Shown here: positions 46,397 to 57,054 of the stretch, piece after piece
Layout of the letters: each line of letters begins with the position of its first letter
How positions within the stretch are numbered: position 1 is the first letter of the stretch
DNA from: Chitinophagales bacterium
Lineage (GTDB): Bacteria > Bacteroidota > Bacteroidia > Chitinophagales > Chitinophagaceae
Length of the DNA stretch: 64,000 bases
Assembly: GCA_038207265.1 (NCBI GenBank)
Contig: JBBQZZ010000014.1
Coordinates: 47,224 to 111,223 of the forward strand
Direction of reading: 5' to 3'
The notes under the pieces: model-generated
What the model was told of the DNA's origin: nothing
Databases searched by the model: none
What the model saw: the letters and a program-made list of their open reading frames with translations, nothing else
Program-made: the position numbers and the translations under genes

Positions 46397-48238
46397 ATGT
46401 GTGGTATTGCAGGCATATATTATTTTAAAAATCAGCAGGTGCCGGAAGGGCTTTTGCAACGCATGACCAATGCGATGTCGCACAGGGGTTCAAATGCAGA
46501 TGGTTTTTTTACGGATCACAATGTTGGGCTGGGGCATCGGCGTTTATCGATCATTGATTTGTCGGAAAGTGCCAATCAACCTTTTGCCGATCAAACCAAA
46601 CGTTACCAGGTAGTTTATAACGGGGAACTATATAATTTCCCGGAGGTAAAAAAAACGATCACCGATCACCATTTTAAAACAACGGGTGATACCGAGGTTT
46701 TGATAGAAGCATTTGCGAGACGGGGCATTGAATGCCTGAACGCATTCAAAGGAATGTTCACTGCGGCTTTCTGGGACAGTTCAGAAAAGACAATGTGGCT
46801 GGCCAGAGACAGGATGGGTGTAAAACCTTTGTATTATTATGCCAATGAAAATTACCTGGTGTTTGCTTCCGAGATCAGGGCCATTATTGCCAGTGGATTG
46901 GTGCGACCCAAATTGCATCAACCTGCCATTGCCAATTTTTTAAAATACCAGTCCGTCAGTTCACCAGATAGTATCATAGAAGGCATTCACGAGTTACCGG
47001 CCGCTCATATTATGCGGGTAAATGAAAAAGGTTTTGAAATTAAATGTTACTGGGATATTACTGCATTCAAACCCATAGCAAGTTCGGATCGTACGGTAAT
47101 AAAAAAGAATATCCTGGATCTGCTGCAACAATCCGTTTCGCAAAGATTGATCAGTGATGTTCCTATTGGTGCTTTTCTCTCCGGTGGAATTGATTCAAGT
47201 GCAGTAGTGGCCTTGATGAGTCAATCAAATAATGCAAGGCCTGTTACATTTAATATTGCTTTTGAGGAAAAAGCATTTGATGAATCTGCCTATGCTGAAA
47301 TTGTCGCAAAAAAATTTAATACAGATCATCATAAGATAGTCTTGCCGCCAAATATAATGCTGGAGGAACTTACCAATGCACTCAATGCCATGGACACGCC
47401 AACGGGTGATGGCATCAATACTTTTGTTGTTTCCAAAGCAGTAAAAAAAGCTGGTTTAACGGTTGCTTTATCAGGAGTAGGCGGAGATGAGTTGTTTGCA
47501 GGATATCCGTTCTTTAAAAAATATTATCAACTGCGTAAACAATCCCGCGCCTGGAACGCCGCTACCGGAATACGAAAGTTAACGGCAGCTTTTTCGGGTA
47601 CGGCTAAATGGCATGACCTGCTATCAACCAACAGTGCCGGAATAGCGGATATTTACCCGGTGCTTCGTCAGATCATTTCTCCCCGCGAAATAAAAAAATT
47701 AAGCCGTTTCGAAAACGGTCATGACGCTGTTGCAGATTTACTGGCACAAAAAGAAAAAGCAATTAATAATTTCCCTTGTTTGAGCCAGGTAAGCATTGCT
47801 GAATATTTTGGTTATACACAACAGACACTTTTAAAAGATACAGACCAGATGGGGATGGCCGTAACATTGGAAATAAGGGAGCCATTCTTCGATCATGAAT
47901 TAATTGAATATGTACTGGGTATACCGGATACTATAAAATATCCCAATTATCCCAAACAGTTATTGGTTGAAAGCCTCGGCGATTTGCTACCACCGGAAAT
48001 TGTACACCGCCGCAAACAGGGTTTTACTTTTCCCTGGAAAATATGGATGAAAAATGATCTGAAAGAATTTTGCGATACGCACATCAGGCGGATCTGCCAG
48101 CGAAATTTTATCAATGCTGATAAACTTCTTCATAAATGGAACCTGTTCCTGCGCGATGAAAAACAGGTGCGGTGGATGGAAATCTGGCTATTTGTTATTT
48201 TAGAATATTGGCTGGAGAAAAATGGCATTGATGCATAA
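46397..48238 (+). CDS. Asparagine synthase (glutamine-hydrolysing)-like amidotransferase (AsnB/WbpS type)
   Basis: N-terminal nucleophile MCGIAG, HRGSNADG, HRRLSIIDLS, and PP-loop FLSGGIDSS. Confidence 0.9.
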   Translation: MCGIAGIYYFKNQQVPEGLLQRMTNAMSHRGSNADGFFTDHNVGLGHRRLSIIDLSESANQPFADQTKRYQVVYNGELYNFPEVKKTITDHHFKTTGDTEVLIEAFARRGIECLNAFKGMFTAAFWDSSEKTMWLARDRMGVKPLYYYANENYLVFASEIRAIIASGLVRPKLHQPAIANFLKYQSVSSPDSIIEGIHELPAAHIMRVNEKGFEIKCYWDITAFKPIASSDRTVIKKNILDLLQQSVSQRLISDVPIGAFLSGGIDSSAVVALMSQSNNARPVTFNIAFEEKAFDESAYAEIVAKKFNTDHHKIVLPPNIMLEELTNALNAMDTPTGDGINTFVVSKAVKKAGLTVALSGVGGDELFAGYPFFKKYYQLRKQSRAWNAATGIRKLTAAFSGTAKWHDLLSTNSAGIADIYPVLRQIISPREIKKLSRFENGHDAVADLLAQKEKAINNFPCLSQVSIAEYFGYTQQTLLKDTDQMGMAVTLEIREPFFDHELIEYVLGIPDTIKYPNYPKQLLVESLGDLLPPEIVHRRKQGFTFPWKIWMKNDLKEFCDTHIRRICQRNFINADKLLHKWNLFLRDEKQVRWMEIWLFVILEYWLEKNGIDA

Positions 48239-49370
48239 AAAAAGACTTTTGGTCAGCATTGATTGGTACGAACCTGCCTTCAAAGCCGGTGGTCCTATTC
48301 GATCCTGTGTAAATCTTGCCGGGCAACTTTCTCCTTTTTATGATATTTATATATTAACCGGTAATAAGGATCTTGGTTCGGAATCTTTGTTATCAGGAGT
48401 TGAATTCAATTGCTGGGTGCATCATGCGCCGGGCATACAGGTATGGTATGGTGACCCCGGAAAAATGAATGTGCATTTTATCAAATCAATGATCAATTCT
48501 CTTGCCCCTGATTTTATTTACCTGAACAGTATGTTCTCCAAACTATTTACTTTAAATGTAATTACCGCGCACCGTCAATCAAAAAGCCTGGCTAAACTAA
48601 TATTAGCGCCCCGCGGCATGTTAAAACCAAGTGCCCTTGCTGTAAAGCCTTTGAAGAAAAAAATATTCTTTTTCATTGTTAAATTGTTGAATACCTACAA
48701 CAAAGTTCATTTCCATGCAACAAATGCCGAAGAAGCGGGAGAAGTAAAAAAAATATTTAGCAACGCAATGGTATCAATCGCAGATAATTTTCCGGCGGCC
48801 ATTGCGGCTTCTTATACATTTCTGTCAAAAAATGCCGGGCAGTTAAAATTAATTTTGGTAGGAAGGATTCATCCCATAAAAAATATAGATTTCCTGTTAC
48901 AGCAATTATCATTCATTACCGGTAAAGTTCAATTGGACATCATTGGTGTGCAGGAGCATCCTGAATATTTTCAATCCTGTTTATCAATCGTTGAAAAATT
49001 ACCAAAAGATATTTCCGTTCAGTTTAAAGGAGAACTGCCACACCAGCTGCTCAGCAAAACGTTGAATGAACATCATTTATTTGTTTTGCCAACAACGGGT
49101 GAAAATTTCGGTCATGCCATAGCAGAAGCATTGGGTATTGGAAGACCTGTATTGATCAGCGATCAAACTCCCTGGCGAAATCTTGCAGCAAACAATGCAG
49201 GTTGGGATTATCCACTTTCATCACCTTTATTGTTTCAGCAGGCATTACAGGAAGCCGTTAACTGGAACCAGGATACATTCAATAAGCATTGTGCAGGTGC
49301 ACTTGCATTTGCAAACATGAAACAAGACACAAAAAATTTAATTCATCAATACCAACAACTTTTTAACTGA
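48222..49370 (+). CDS. Family 4 (GT-B) glycosyltransferase
   Basis: FKAGGPIRS near the N-terminus, and GENFGHAIAEALGIGRPVLISDQTPW. Confidence 0.7.
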   Translation: MALMHKKRLLVSIDWYEPAFKAGGPIRSCVNLAGQLSPFYDIYILTGNKDLGSESLLSGVEFNCWVHHAPGIQVWYGDPGKMNVHFIKSMINSLAPDFIYLNSMFSKLFTLNVITAHRQSKSLAKLILAPRGMLKPSALAVKPLKKKIFFFIVKLLNTYNKVHFHATNAEEAGEVKKIFSNAMVSIADNFPAAIAASYTFLSKNAGQLKLILVGRIHPIKNIDFLLQQLSFITGKVQLDIIGVQEHPEYFQSCLSIVEKLPKDISVQFKGELPHQLLSKTLNEHHLFVLPTTGENFGHAIAEALGIGRPVLISDQTPWRNLAANNAGWDYPLSSPLLFQQALQEAVNWNQDTFNKHCAGALAFANMKQDTKNLIHQYQQLFN

Positions 49371-51097
49371 TGTATATTCTCGGGATCAACGCTTATCATG
49401 CTGATTCATCAGCCGCTATTTTTAAGGACGGAACAATGATTGCCGCTACTGAAGAGGAGCGTTTTACGCGCATCAAACACTGGGCAGGGTTTCCTGTTTT
49501 ATCAATTAAATTTTGTTTGAAGGAAGCAGGTATTGCCTTGAAAGATCTTGATTACATAACGATAGGCCGCGATCCAAAAGCAAAATTTCTAAACAAACTG
49601 AATTACCTCCGCAAAAATCCTTCACTGGTTTTTGGTGCTATTACACGTTATAAAAACAGTAAACAGGTTACCAGCCTGGAAGATGAATTTAAAAAGATCG
49701 ATCCCACTATTTCTTTTGATGCTTTGAAAAGCAAGATCAAGAATATTGAACATCACAGGAGCCACCTCGCTTCTGCATTTTTCGCTTCACCCTTTGAAGA
49801 ATCTGCCATTCTTTCTATTGATGGTTCCGGCGATTTTACTACTACCATGATAGCGATTGGAAAGGGAAATAAAATTGAAGTGCTGGACAGTGTCGACTTC
49901 CCGGTTTCCTGTGGACTATTTTATACGGCATTTACGCAATTCCTCGGTTTCCCGCATTATGGTGATGAATACAAAGTAATGGGACTGGCACCTTATGGCG
50001 AACCCAAATACGTTGATAAAGTAAAAAAGCTATTGAAATTTTTACCAAACGGATTATTTACATGGGACGATTCATTTTTTATTCAGCCCACAAAGGCTGG
50101 CTTCAAATATGAAAATCATATCCCCTCAGTGGGAAATTTATATTCAGCTGCCTTTGTGAAAGAATTTGGTCCGCCCCGAAATAATACAGAAGCACTATCA
50201 GCCTATCATAAAGATCTGGCAACCTCTGTTCAGCGGGTAACAGAAGAGCTGATATTTTATATTCTCAGAAAGCTGAAGGAAAGAACCGGTATGAAGAACA
50301 TTTGCATAGCGGGTGGGGTTGCACAAAATTCTGTTGCAAATGGTAAAGTAGCAGAAGCTACCGGATTTGAAGGCGTGTATATTCCTTCGGCAGGTCATGA
50401 TGCAGGTATCTCTATGGGTTCCGCATTATACCTTTATAATGATGTATTGGAACAACCGAGATCGGCTCCAATCTATTCTGCATACACCGGTAGTAAATTT
50501 ACCAATGATGAAATAGAATTATTTTTACAATCGAGAGGCGTTCATTACAGGAGACTAAGCAATGATGAGTTATATGATGTTGTGACAAATAAGTTGATAG
50601 AACCCGGTGTGGTAGGATGGTTCAATGGCAGGGCAGAATTTGGCCCAAGAGCACTGGGAGCCCGTTCAATCATTGCGGATCCGAGAAATCCAAAAGCAAA
50701 AGATCTGCTGAATCTTAAAATTAAAAGAAGAGAGAGTTTCCGCCCTTTTGCACCGTCTGTATTGAAAGAATATTCCGGGGAATACTTTACAAAATCAGAT
50801 GAAGTACCTTTCATGGAAAAAGTATTTCCCGTGAAACCGGAAAAGCATGCTGTAATACCGGCCGTAACGCATGTTGATGGAACGGGCAGGTTACAAACGG
50901 TGGACAAAAAAATATCACCCATGTATTATGGATTGATTGATGCATTCAGGAAAAAGACAGGGGTGCCAATATTATTGAATACTTCCTTTAACGAAAATGA
51001 GCCGATTGTAAATACACCTGCTGAAGCACTGGATTGCTTTTTGAGAACACAAATGGATATGCTTGTCCTTGAAAATTGTGTAATTACCAGAGAATAG
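49370..51097 (+). CDS. NodU/CmcH-family carbamoyltransferase
   Basis: MYILGINAYHADSSAAIFKDG...AATEEERFTRIKH, IEHHRSHLASAF, ...GGVAQNS, FGPRALGARSI and ...LNTSFN. Confidence 0.9.
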   Translation: MYILGINAYHADSSAAIFKDGTMIAATEEERFTRIKHWAGFPVLSIKFCLKEAGIALKDLDYITIGRDPKAKFLNKLNYLRKNPSLVFGAITRYKNSKQVTSLEDEFKKIDPTISFDALKSKIKNIEHHRSHLASAFFASPFEESAILSIDGSGDFTTTMIAIGKGNKIEVLDSVDFPVSCGLFYTAFTQFLGFPHYGDEYKVMGLAPYGEPKYVDKVKKLLKFLPNGLFTWDDSFFIQPTKAGFKYENHIPSVGNLYSAAFVKEFGPPRNNTEALSAYHKDLATSVQRVTEELIFYILRKLKERTGMKNICIAGGVAQNSVANGKVAEATGFEGVYIPSAGHDAGISMGSALYLYNDVLEQPRSAPIYSAYTGSKFTNDEIELFLQSRGVHYRRLSNDELYDVVTNKLIEPGVVGWFNGRAEFGPRALGARSIIADPRNPKAKDLLNLKIKRRESFRPFAPSVLKEYSGEYFTKSDEVPFMEKVFPVKPEKHAVIPAVTHVDGTGRLQTVDKKISPMYYGLIDAFRKKTGVPILLNTSFNENEPIVNTPAEALDCFLRTQMDMLVLENCVITRE

Positions 51098-51102
51098 ACG
51101 TT

Positions 51103-51849
51103 ATGCGTATTTCAATTATTACGGTGTCCTATAATAGTGCTGGTACCATCCGCGATACGCTGGAAAGTATCCGCCGGCAAACCCATGATAATATTGAACA
51201 CATCATTGTTGATGGTAAATCCGCCGATGGCACGCTTGAGATCATTAAATCTTTCAATCATGTTGACAGGTTCATTTCTGAAACAGATAAAGGGTTGTAC
51301 GACGCCATGAACAAGGGTTTGCAAATGGTTACGGGTGATGTTGTCGGAATGTTGAACAGTGACGACTTCTATGCCCATAATGATGTGTTGAAAAAAATTG
51401 CTGCCGCGTTTGAAAACCCCGGCACATATTGTGCATATGGAGATCTGCAATATGTAAATGCCCAAAACCCCGGCAAAATAGTTCGAACCTGGAAAGCGGG
51501 AAAATTTAATCTGAAAAACTTTTTATACGGATGGATGCCGCCCCATCCAACTTTTTTCGTGAGGAAAGAAGTATATGAAAAGGTGGGATTGTTCAATACA
51601 ACATTTAAGACTGCTGCCGATTATGAAATGATGCTGCGCATTTTATATAAACACGAATTTCCGGTGGTGTATATTCCGGAAGTGTTGGTGAAAATGCGTT
51701 CGGGCGGGATAAGCAATGCTTCCCTCAGAAACAGGTTCAAAGCCAATCGTGAAGATGCAAGGGCATGGACACTGAACAACAAGCGTCCTCATTTTTTTAC
51801 ACTGTATTTAAAACCATTGCGGAAAATTCCGCAATATCTTATCAAATAA
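51103..51849 (+). CDS. Family 2 glycosyltransferase
   Basis: [40 protein letters not shown] and ...LNSDD. Start at ATG 51103, after the carbamoyltransferase stop. Confidence 0.85.
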   Translation: MRISIITVSYNSAGTIRDTLESIRRQTHDNIEHIIVDGKSADGTLEIIKSFNHVDRFISETDKGLYDAMNKGLQMVTGDVVGMLNSDDFYAHNDVLKKIAAAFENPGTYCAYGDLQYVNAQNPGKIVRTWKAGKFNLKNFLYGWMPPHPTFFVRKEVYEKVGLFNTTFKTAADYEMMLRILYKHEFPVVYIPEVLVKMRSGGISNASLRNRFKANREDARAWTLNNKRPHFFTLYLKPLRKIPQYLIK

Positions 51850-51851
51850 TT

Positions 51852-52967
51852 ATGCAAAAAATCGCTTTAGTTACCGGTGCTACCGGGCAGGATGGAGCTT
51901 ATCTGTGTGATCTGCTTTTGAAGAAAGGTTATATTGTTCACGGACTTAAAAGAAGAAGTTCTTTGTTTAATACAGAAAGAATCGATCATCTATACCAGGA
52001 TCCGCATGAAAAAAATGTAAAACTTCATTTGCATTACGGAGATCTCACAGACTCTACCAACCTAATCAGGATCATCCAGGAAACACAACCAGATGAAATT
52101 TATAACCTGGCAGCGATGAGCCATGTTCAGGTAAGCTTTGAAATACCTGAATACACTGCCAATGCAGATGGTATTGGTACATTAAGAATATTAGAAGCGG
52201 TGCGTTTACTGGGCATGACAAAAAAAACAAAAGTTTACCAGGCATCTACTTCTGAATTATACGGGTTGGTGCAGGCAGTGCCACAATCAGAATCAACACC
52301 CTTTTATCCAAGATCTCCTTATGCGGTGGCAAAATTATATGCATATTGGATCACCGTCAACTACCGCGAAGCCTACGGTATGTTTGCCGTAAATGGGATT
52401 TTATTCAATCATGAATCTCCGTTGCGTGGTGAAACATTTGTAACCCGCAAAATAACAAGAGGCGTTGCTAAGATTGCGTTGGGCCTGCAGGATAAAATCT
52501 TCCTCGGCAACCTGGATGCAAAAAGAGACTGGGGTCATGCAAAAGATTATGTAGAAGCCATGTGGCTGATCCTGCAGCAGGAAAATCCGGAAGACTATGT
52601 AATTGCAACGGGTATCACAACACCAGTACGTGAGTTTGTAAGAATGGCCTTTAACGAAGTAGGTATCGAAATTGAATTCTCGGGTTTCGGAGAAAATGAA
52701 AAGGGCACTGTAAAATCCTGCGGTAACCCTGCCTATCAAATGGAAATCGGCAGAGAAGTAATTGCCGTGGACCCAAGGTATTATCGTCCTACAGAAGTTG
52801 ATCTGTTAATTGGAGATCCTTCAAAATGCCAGCAGCAACTGGGCTGGAAACCAAAATACAACCTTGCCATGCTGGTTAAAGAAATGGTGGTGAGCGATGT
52901 GGAATTGTTTAAAAAAGAAAGATTACTGAAAGAAGCGGGGTATAATATTAAAAATCAATTTGAATAA
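51852..52967 (+). CDS. gmd: GDP-mannose 4,6-dehydratase
   Basis: [78 protein letters not shown] and [11 protein letters not shown]. Start at ATG 51852. Confidence 0.92.
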   Translation: MQKIALVTGATGQDGAYLCDLLLKKGYIVHGLKRRSSLFNTERIDHLYQDPHEKNVKLHLHYGDLTDSTNLIRIIQETQPDEIYNLAAMSHVQVSFEIPEYTANADGIGTLRILEAVRLLGMTKKTKVYQASTSELYGLVQAVPQSESTPFYPRSPYAVAKLYAYWITVNYREAYGMFAVNGILFNHESPLRGETFVTRKITRGVAKIALGLQDKIFLGNLDAKRDWGHAKDYVEAMWLILQQENPEDYVIATGITTPVREFVRMAFNEVGIEIEFSGFGENEKGTVKSCGNPAYQMEIGREVIAVDPRYYRPTEVDLLIGDPSKCQQQLGWKPKYNLAMLVKEMVVSDVELFKKERLLKEAGYNIKNQFE

Positions 52968-53059
52968 TATACAGGTGTCATTGGGCCGCAGGATTAACTG
53001 CTGAATTGAATGAAACTTAGCATGCACACTGTCAATTTAAAATTGAATCTTATCAATCA

Positions 53060-54004
53060 ATGAACAAGCAGGATAAAATTTATATAGCCGGTCACAGGGG
53101 AATGGTTGGATCAGCCATTCTGAGGAAATTGCAACAGGAAGGGTTTACAAATCTTTTGTTGCGTACATCCGGGGAACTTGATTTACGCAACCAGCAACAG
53201 GTAACTGATTTTTTTGCACAGGAAAAACCAGGTTATGTTTTTATGGCTGCTGCCAAAGTGGGTGGTATCATTGCTAACAATACTTACCGTGCTGATTTTT
53301 TATTTGAAAACCTGGCCATACAAAATAATGTCATTCATTCTTCTTATGTAAATAACGTAACCAAATTACTCTTTCTTGGTTCCTCCTGTATCTATCCAAA
53401 ACTGGCGCCGCAACCTTTGAAAGAAGATTACCTGCTTACCGGGTTGCTTGAACCAACCAATGAACCTTATGCCATCGCCAAAATTGCAGGCATCAAATTA
53501 TGCGACGCCTACCGTTCTCAGTATGGATGCAATTTTATTTCTGTAATGCCCACCAATTTATATGGTCCCAACGACAATTATAATTTAAACAATTCGCATG
53601 TATTACCAGCGTTGATCAGGAAAATGCATGAAGCAAAGATCAACGGGCACGCGGAAGTAACCATTTGGGGAACGGGCAAGCCTATGCGCGAATTTTTGTA
53701 TGCAGATGATTTAGCAGATGCCTGTTATTTCCTGATGCAGCAATACAATGAACCCGGTCTGATCAATATTGGAACCGGTGTTGACATCCCAATAAAGGAT
53801 CTTGCACTACTGGTAAAAGATATTGTTGGCTATACCGGCGGCATTAATTTTGATTTATCCAAACCAGATGGTACACCAAGAAAGTTGATGGATGTAACCA
53901 AACTTACAAACCTTGGATGGAAAGCCGGTGTTGATTTGAAAACAGGTATTCAAATGGCTTATCAGGATTTCATTCAGCAATATAGTTCTGTTCACCATGT
54001 ATAA
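53060..54004 (+). CDS. fcl: GDP-L-fucose synthase (GDP-4-keto-6-deoxymannose 3,5-epimerase/4-reductase)
   Basis: [17 protein letters not shown], ...[25 protein letters not shown] and NLYGPNDN. Immediately downstream of gmd. Confidence 0.9.
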   Translation: MNKQDKIYIAGHRGMVGSAILRKLQQEGFTNLLLRTSGELDLRNQQQVTDFFAQEKPGYVFMAAAKVGGIIANNTYRADFLFENLAIQNNVIHSSYVNNVTKLLFLGSSCIYPKLAPQPLKEDYLLTGLLEPTNEPYAIAKIAGIKLCDAYRSQYGCNFISVMPTNLYGPNDNYNLNNSHVLPALIRKMHEAKINGHAEVTIWGTGKPMREFLYADDLADACYFLMQQYNEPGLINIGTGVDIPIKDLALLVKDIVGYTGGINFDLSKPDGTPRKLMDVTKLTNLGWKAGVDLKTGIQMAYQDFIQQYSSVHHV

Positions 54005-54032
54005 ATAAAACTGAAATAATTTTCAGTCCCGT

Positions 54033-54770
54033 ATGTTTACATTTTTTAAAAGAAAATATCCCGCATCCCCGCCAGATTTCAGTGCTGTAAAAACGGATAT
54101 GCACTCTCATCTTTTACCGGGTATTGATGATGGTTCACCAGACACGGAAACTTCCCTGCTATTGATTAATGGCCTTACAGACTTGGGTTACCGGCAGTTT
54201 ATCACTACCCCGCATATTATGTGGGACCTGTATAAAAATACTCCGCTCACCATTGGCGATACATTGAAAAAATTGCGCAAGACTGAAAAGATACCTGCCA
54301 TGAGGGCCGCTGCAGAATATTTTATTGATGATTATTTTGATGCTTTAATGGATAAGGATGAACCATTGCTTACCATTTCCGGTAAACAGGTATTGGTTGA
54401 ATTTTCTTTTGTTGCGGCGCCAATGGATTTAAAAGATCAGTTGTTCAAATTGCAGATAAAAGGTTATGAACCCATCCTGGCCCACCCGGAACGGTATACT
54501 TATCTGGCCGGCAATAAGATTTTGTTCGATGATCTTAAAAGCATGGGCTGCCTTTTTCAATTGAACCTGCTCTCACTTTCCGGGTATTATGGCAAAGTTT
54601 CCCAGGACCTCGCCCATTATCTCATTTCAAAAAATTATATAGACCTGGTGGGAACCGATTTGCACCACCAACGCCACTTAGATGCACTTCGCAGCAGCAA
54701 AAACATACTGAACGCTGTTCAACAACTGCTGGATAGCGGTAAGTTGCAAAATCCCGCACTTTCTTTTTAA
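54033..54770 (+). CDS. PHP-family protein-tyrosine phosphatase (CpsB/YwqE type)
   Basis: DMHSHLLPGIDDGS, TPHIM, LAHPERY and GTDLHH. Confidence 0.85.
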   Translation: MFTFFKRKYPASPPDFSAVKTDMHSHLLPGIDDGSPDTETSLLLINGLTDLGYRQFITTPHIMWDLYKNTPLTIGDTLKKLRKTEKIPAMRAAAEYFIDDYFDALMDKDEPLLTISGKQVLVEFSFVAAPMDLKDQLFKLQIKGYEPILAHPERYTYLAGNKILFDDLKSMGCLFQLNLLSLSGYYGKVSQDLAHYLISKNYIDLVGTDLHHQRHLDALRSSKNILNAVQQLLDSGKLQNPALSF

Positions 54771-55979
54771 TTGTCCCCCACATTGCCTCAAACCATCATG
54801 ATTATATTGAACCGGCTGGTAGTAGGTGGTACCGCCATGAACACACTTCATTTAATCAATGCGTTGAAAAAAGACTACAACGTAATACTGGTCACTGGTG
54901 CCAAAGAACAAGATGAACTGGAAGTTGATTACAGGTCTGCTTTTCTGCAACATGTAGAACACATTCGTTTACCTGCTCTTGTAAGAAGTGTGAACCCGGT
55001 CAGGGATCTGGCAGCGTTCAAAAACATAAAAAAGCTGATCAAAAAATACAGGCCACAATTGCTGCAAACCATTGGAGCAAAACCCGGATTTATCGGCCGT
55101 GTAGCGGCATGGCAACTAGGCGTCCCCGTTATTATGCATGCGTATCATGGAGACGTTTTTCATTCTTATTTTAATCCGCTGTTATCGAAAACCGTGATTT
55201 GGCTGGAACGATTTGCAGCCTCAAAATCTACCTGCATAACAACGGTCAGTGCAAAACAAAAAAATGAACTGGAGAATGTTTACCAAATAGCGCCGGCAAA
55301 AAAAATAGTGCATATCCCCATCGGTATCCAGGTAGCGAAATTTTTTGATGATGCGGGAACGTTACGGCATCAATTCAGGCAACAATATTTGCTGGACGAA
55401 CATGAGATTGCCATTGGCATCATTGGAAGAATAGTACCGGTAAAGAACCATGAACTTTTTCTGCAGATTGTAAAAGCTTTTTATGACAAACAGGAAAAGA
55501 ACACCAGGTTTTTTATTATCGGGGATGGCGCCGGTTTAAGACAGAAACTGGAGGATAAACTAAGACAATGGAAAATTGACTTCACTTACTATCCTGAAAA
55601 TAAAAAAAAGGCTTTCGTCACATTTACTTCATGGATCAGCAATATCCAAACTGCCGTCAATGGTTTGGATATGGTTGTATTGACTTCCAGGAACGAAGGC
55701 ACACCTGTGTCACTGATTGAGGCCCAGGCTGCCGGAAAGCCCATTGTATCAAGCAATGCAGGAGCCATTGATGAAGTAATGCTAAGAGACGTCAGTGGCT
55801 TTATCTGCAATTCAAAAGATCCATCCGATTATATCCACGCTATCCAACAACTTATTAGTAATCCGGAACTTCGTTTCCAAATGGGTCAATCTGGCAAATC
55901 CTTTGTTCAGAAAAAATTTCAACTCTCCACGCAGGTTGCTGCAACGCTGGCACTTTACGAATCTCTTCTATCTTCCTAA
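54771..55979 (+). CDS. Family 4 (GT-B) glycosyltransferase
   Basis: SRNEGTPVSLIEAQAAGKPIVSSNAGAIDEV. TTG start as in the track. It is the last gene of the polysaccharide locus. Confidence 0.8.
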   Translation: MSPTLPQTIMIILNRLVVGGTAMNTLHLINALKKDYNVILVTGAKEQDELEVDYRSAFLQHVEHIRLPALVRSVNPVRDLAAFKNIKKLIKKYRPQLLQTIGAKPGFIGRVAAWQLGVPVIMHAYHGDVFHSYFNPLLSKTVIWLERFAASKSTCITTVSAKQKNELENVYQIAPAKKIVHIPIGIQVAKFFDDAGTLRHQFRQQYLLDEHEIAIGIIGRIVPVKNHELFLQIVKAFYDKQEKNTRFFIIGDGAGLRQKLEDKLRQWKIDFTYYPENKKKAFVTFTSWISNIQTAVNGLDMVVLTSRNEGTPVSLIEAQAAGKPIVSSNAGAIDEVMLRDVSGFICNSKDPSDYIHAIQQLISNPELRFQMGQSGKSFVQKKFQLSTQVAATLALYESLLSS

Positions 55980-56175
55980 CCAGTTCTTCTGCTTTTTAAT
56001 TTTACAACATTCACGAAGGGTACATTAAACTCGAAAACCGGCCATTCGCCACTGATCTAATTAAATGGCTGGTTGTTATTTGATTCTTGCCATAATAATT
56101 GCCGCTGCATTCAAAACTGTTTGATAAATTCTGCAATTGTTTAAACATTTTTTATGCGGCATATGTTGTAAGAAC

Positions 56176-57054
56176 ATGAATGCTTTTACCATAAAGGACC
56201 TTGAAAATTTATCCGGCGTCAAAGCGCATACCATCCGGATATGGGAACAACGATATTCTTTTATTAAGCCTCAGCGTACGGATACCAATATCCGCTATTA
56301 CAGTAATGAAGAACTAAAAACAATCCTGAATATTTCGCTGCTGAATAAATATGGATTCAAGATTTCTCATATTGATAAAATGGATCCTCAGGAAATAAGA
56401 AGTAAACTTGTTTCACTTTCTAATACACAGGCACAGCAGGAACGAATCGTCAATGAAATGATCCAGCACATGGTGGACCTGGATATTGATGCATTTGAAA
56501 CATTACTTGATAACTACATAGTGGCACGTGGTATTGATAAGACCATTACGCAGATCATTTTTCCCTACCTGGAGCGGATTGGTATACTCTGGCTTACCAA
56601 TCATATTAATCCCGCGCAGGAACACCTCGTCACAAATATCATTCGTCAGAAATTAATAGTTGGTATAGAAGCTGTGTTTTCTCATATACAGGTAGACAAA
56701 TCAGTATTGCTTTTTCTACCGGAAGGTGAACACCACGAACTGGGTTTATTATATATGTATTACCTGCTTAAAAGTCGTGGTGTAAAAACATTGTACCTCG
56801 GCGCCAATGTACCTATAAAAGATATTGAGTTTGTGAGTAAACTCAAGAAACCAGATTACCTGTATTCCCATCTTACTTCGGTGGCCAGTAATTTTAATTT
56901 TGAAAAATTCCTGGCCCAGGTGCAGTTGCGGTTATCAGAATTTCCTTTCGTTATATCTGGCCAGCTTACCCAGCACTATAAAAAGAAAATCCCTCCAAAG
57001 GTGAGTTTTAAGCTTTCATTACAGGAAGTAATAGAATATGTGGGAAGTCTTTAA
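56176..57054 (+). CDS. MerR-family regulator with C-terminal B12-binding domain (CarH/LitR-type photoreceptor candidate)
   Basis: N-terminal MerR HTH FTIKDLENLSGVKAHTIRIWEQRY. W-x9-E-H motif present in ILWLTNHINPAQEHLV. B12 loop EGEHHELG (E/D-x-H-x-x-G) is followed by ...LGANVP. Start at ATG 56176. Confidence 0.8.
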   Translation: MNAFTIKDLENLSGVKAHTIRIWEQRYSFIKPQRTDTNIRYYSNEELKTILNISLLNKYGFKISHIDKMDPQEIRSKLVSLSNTQAQQERIVNEMIQHMVDLDIDAFETLLDNYIVARGIDKTITQIIFPYLERIGILWLTNHINPAQEHLVTNIIRQKLIVGIEAVFSHIQVDKSVLLFLPEGEHHELGLLYMYYLLKSRGVKTLYLGANVPIKDIEFVSKLKKPDYLYSHLTSVASNFNFEKFLAQVQLRLSEFPFVISGQLTQHYKKKIPPKVSFKLSLQEVIEYVGSL

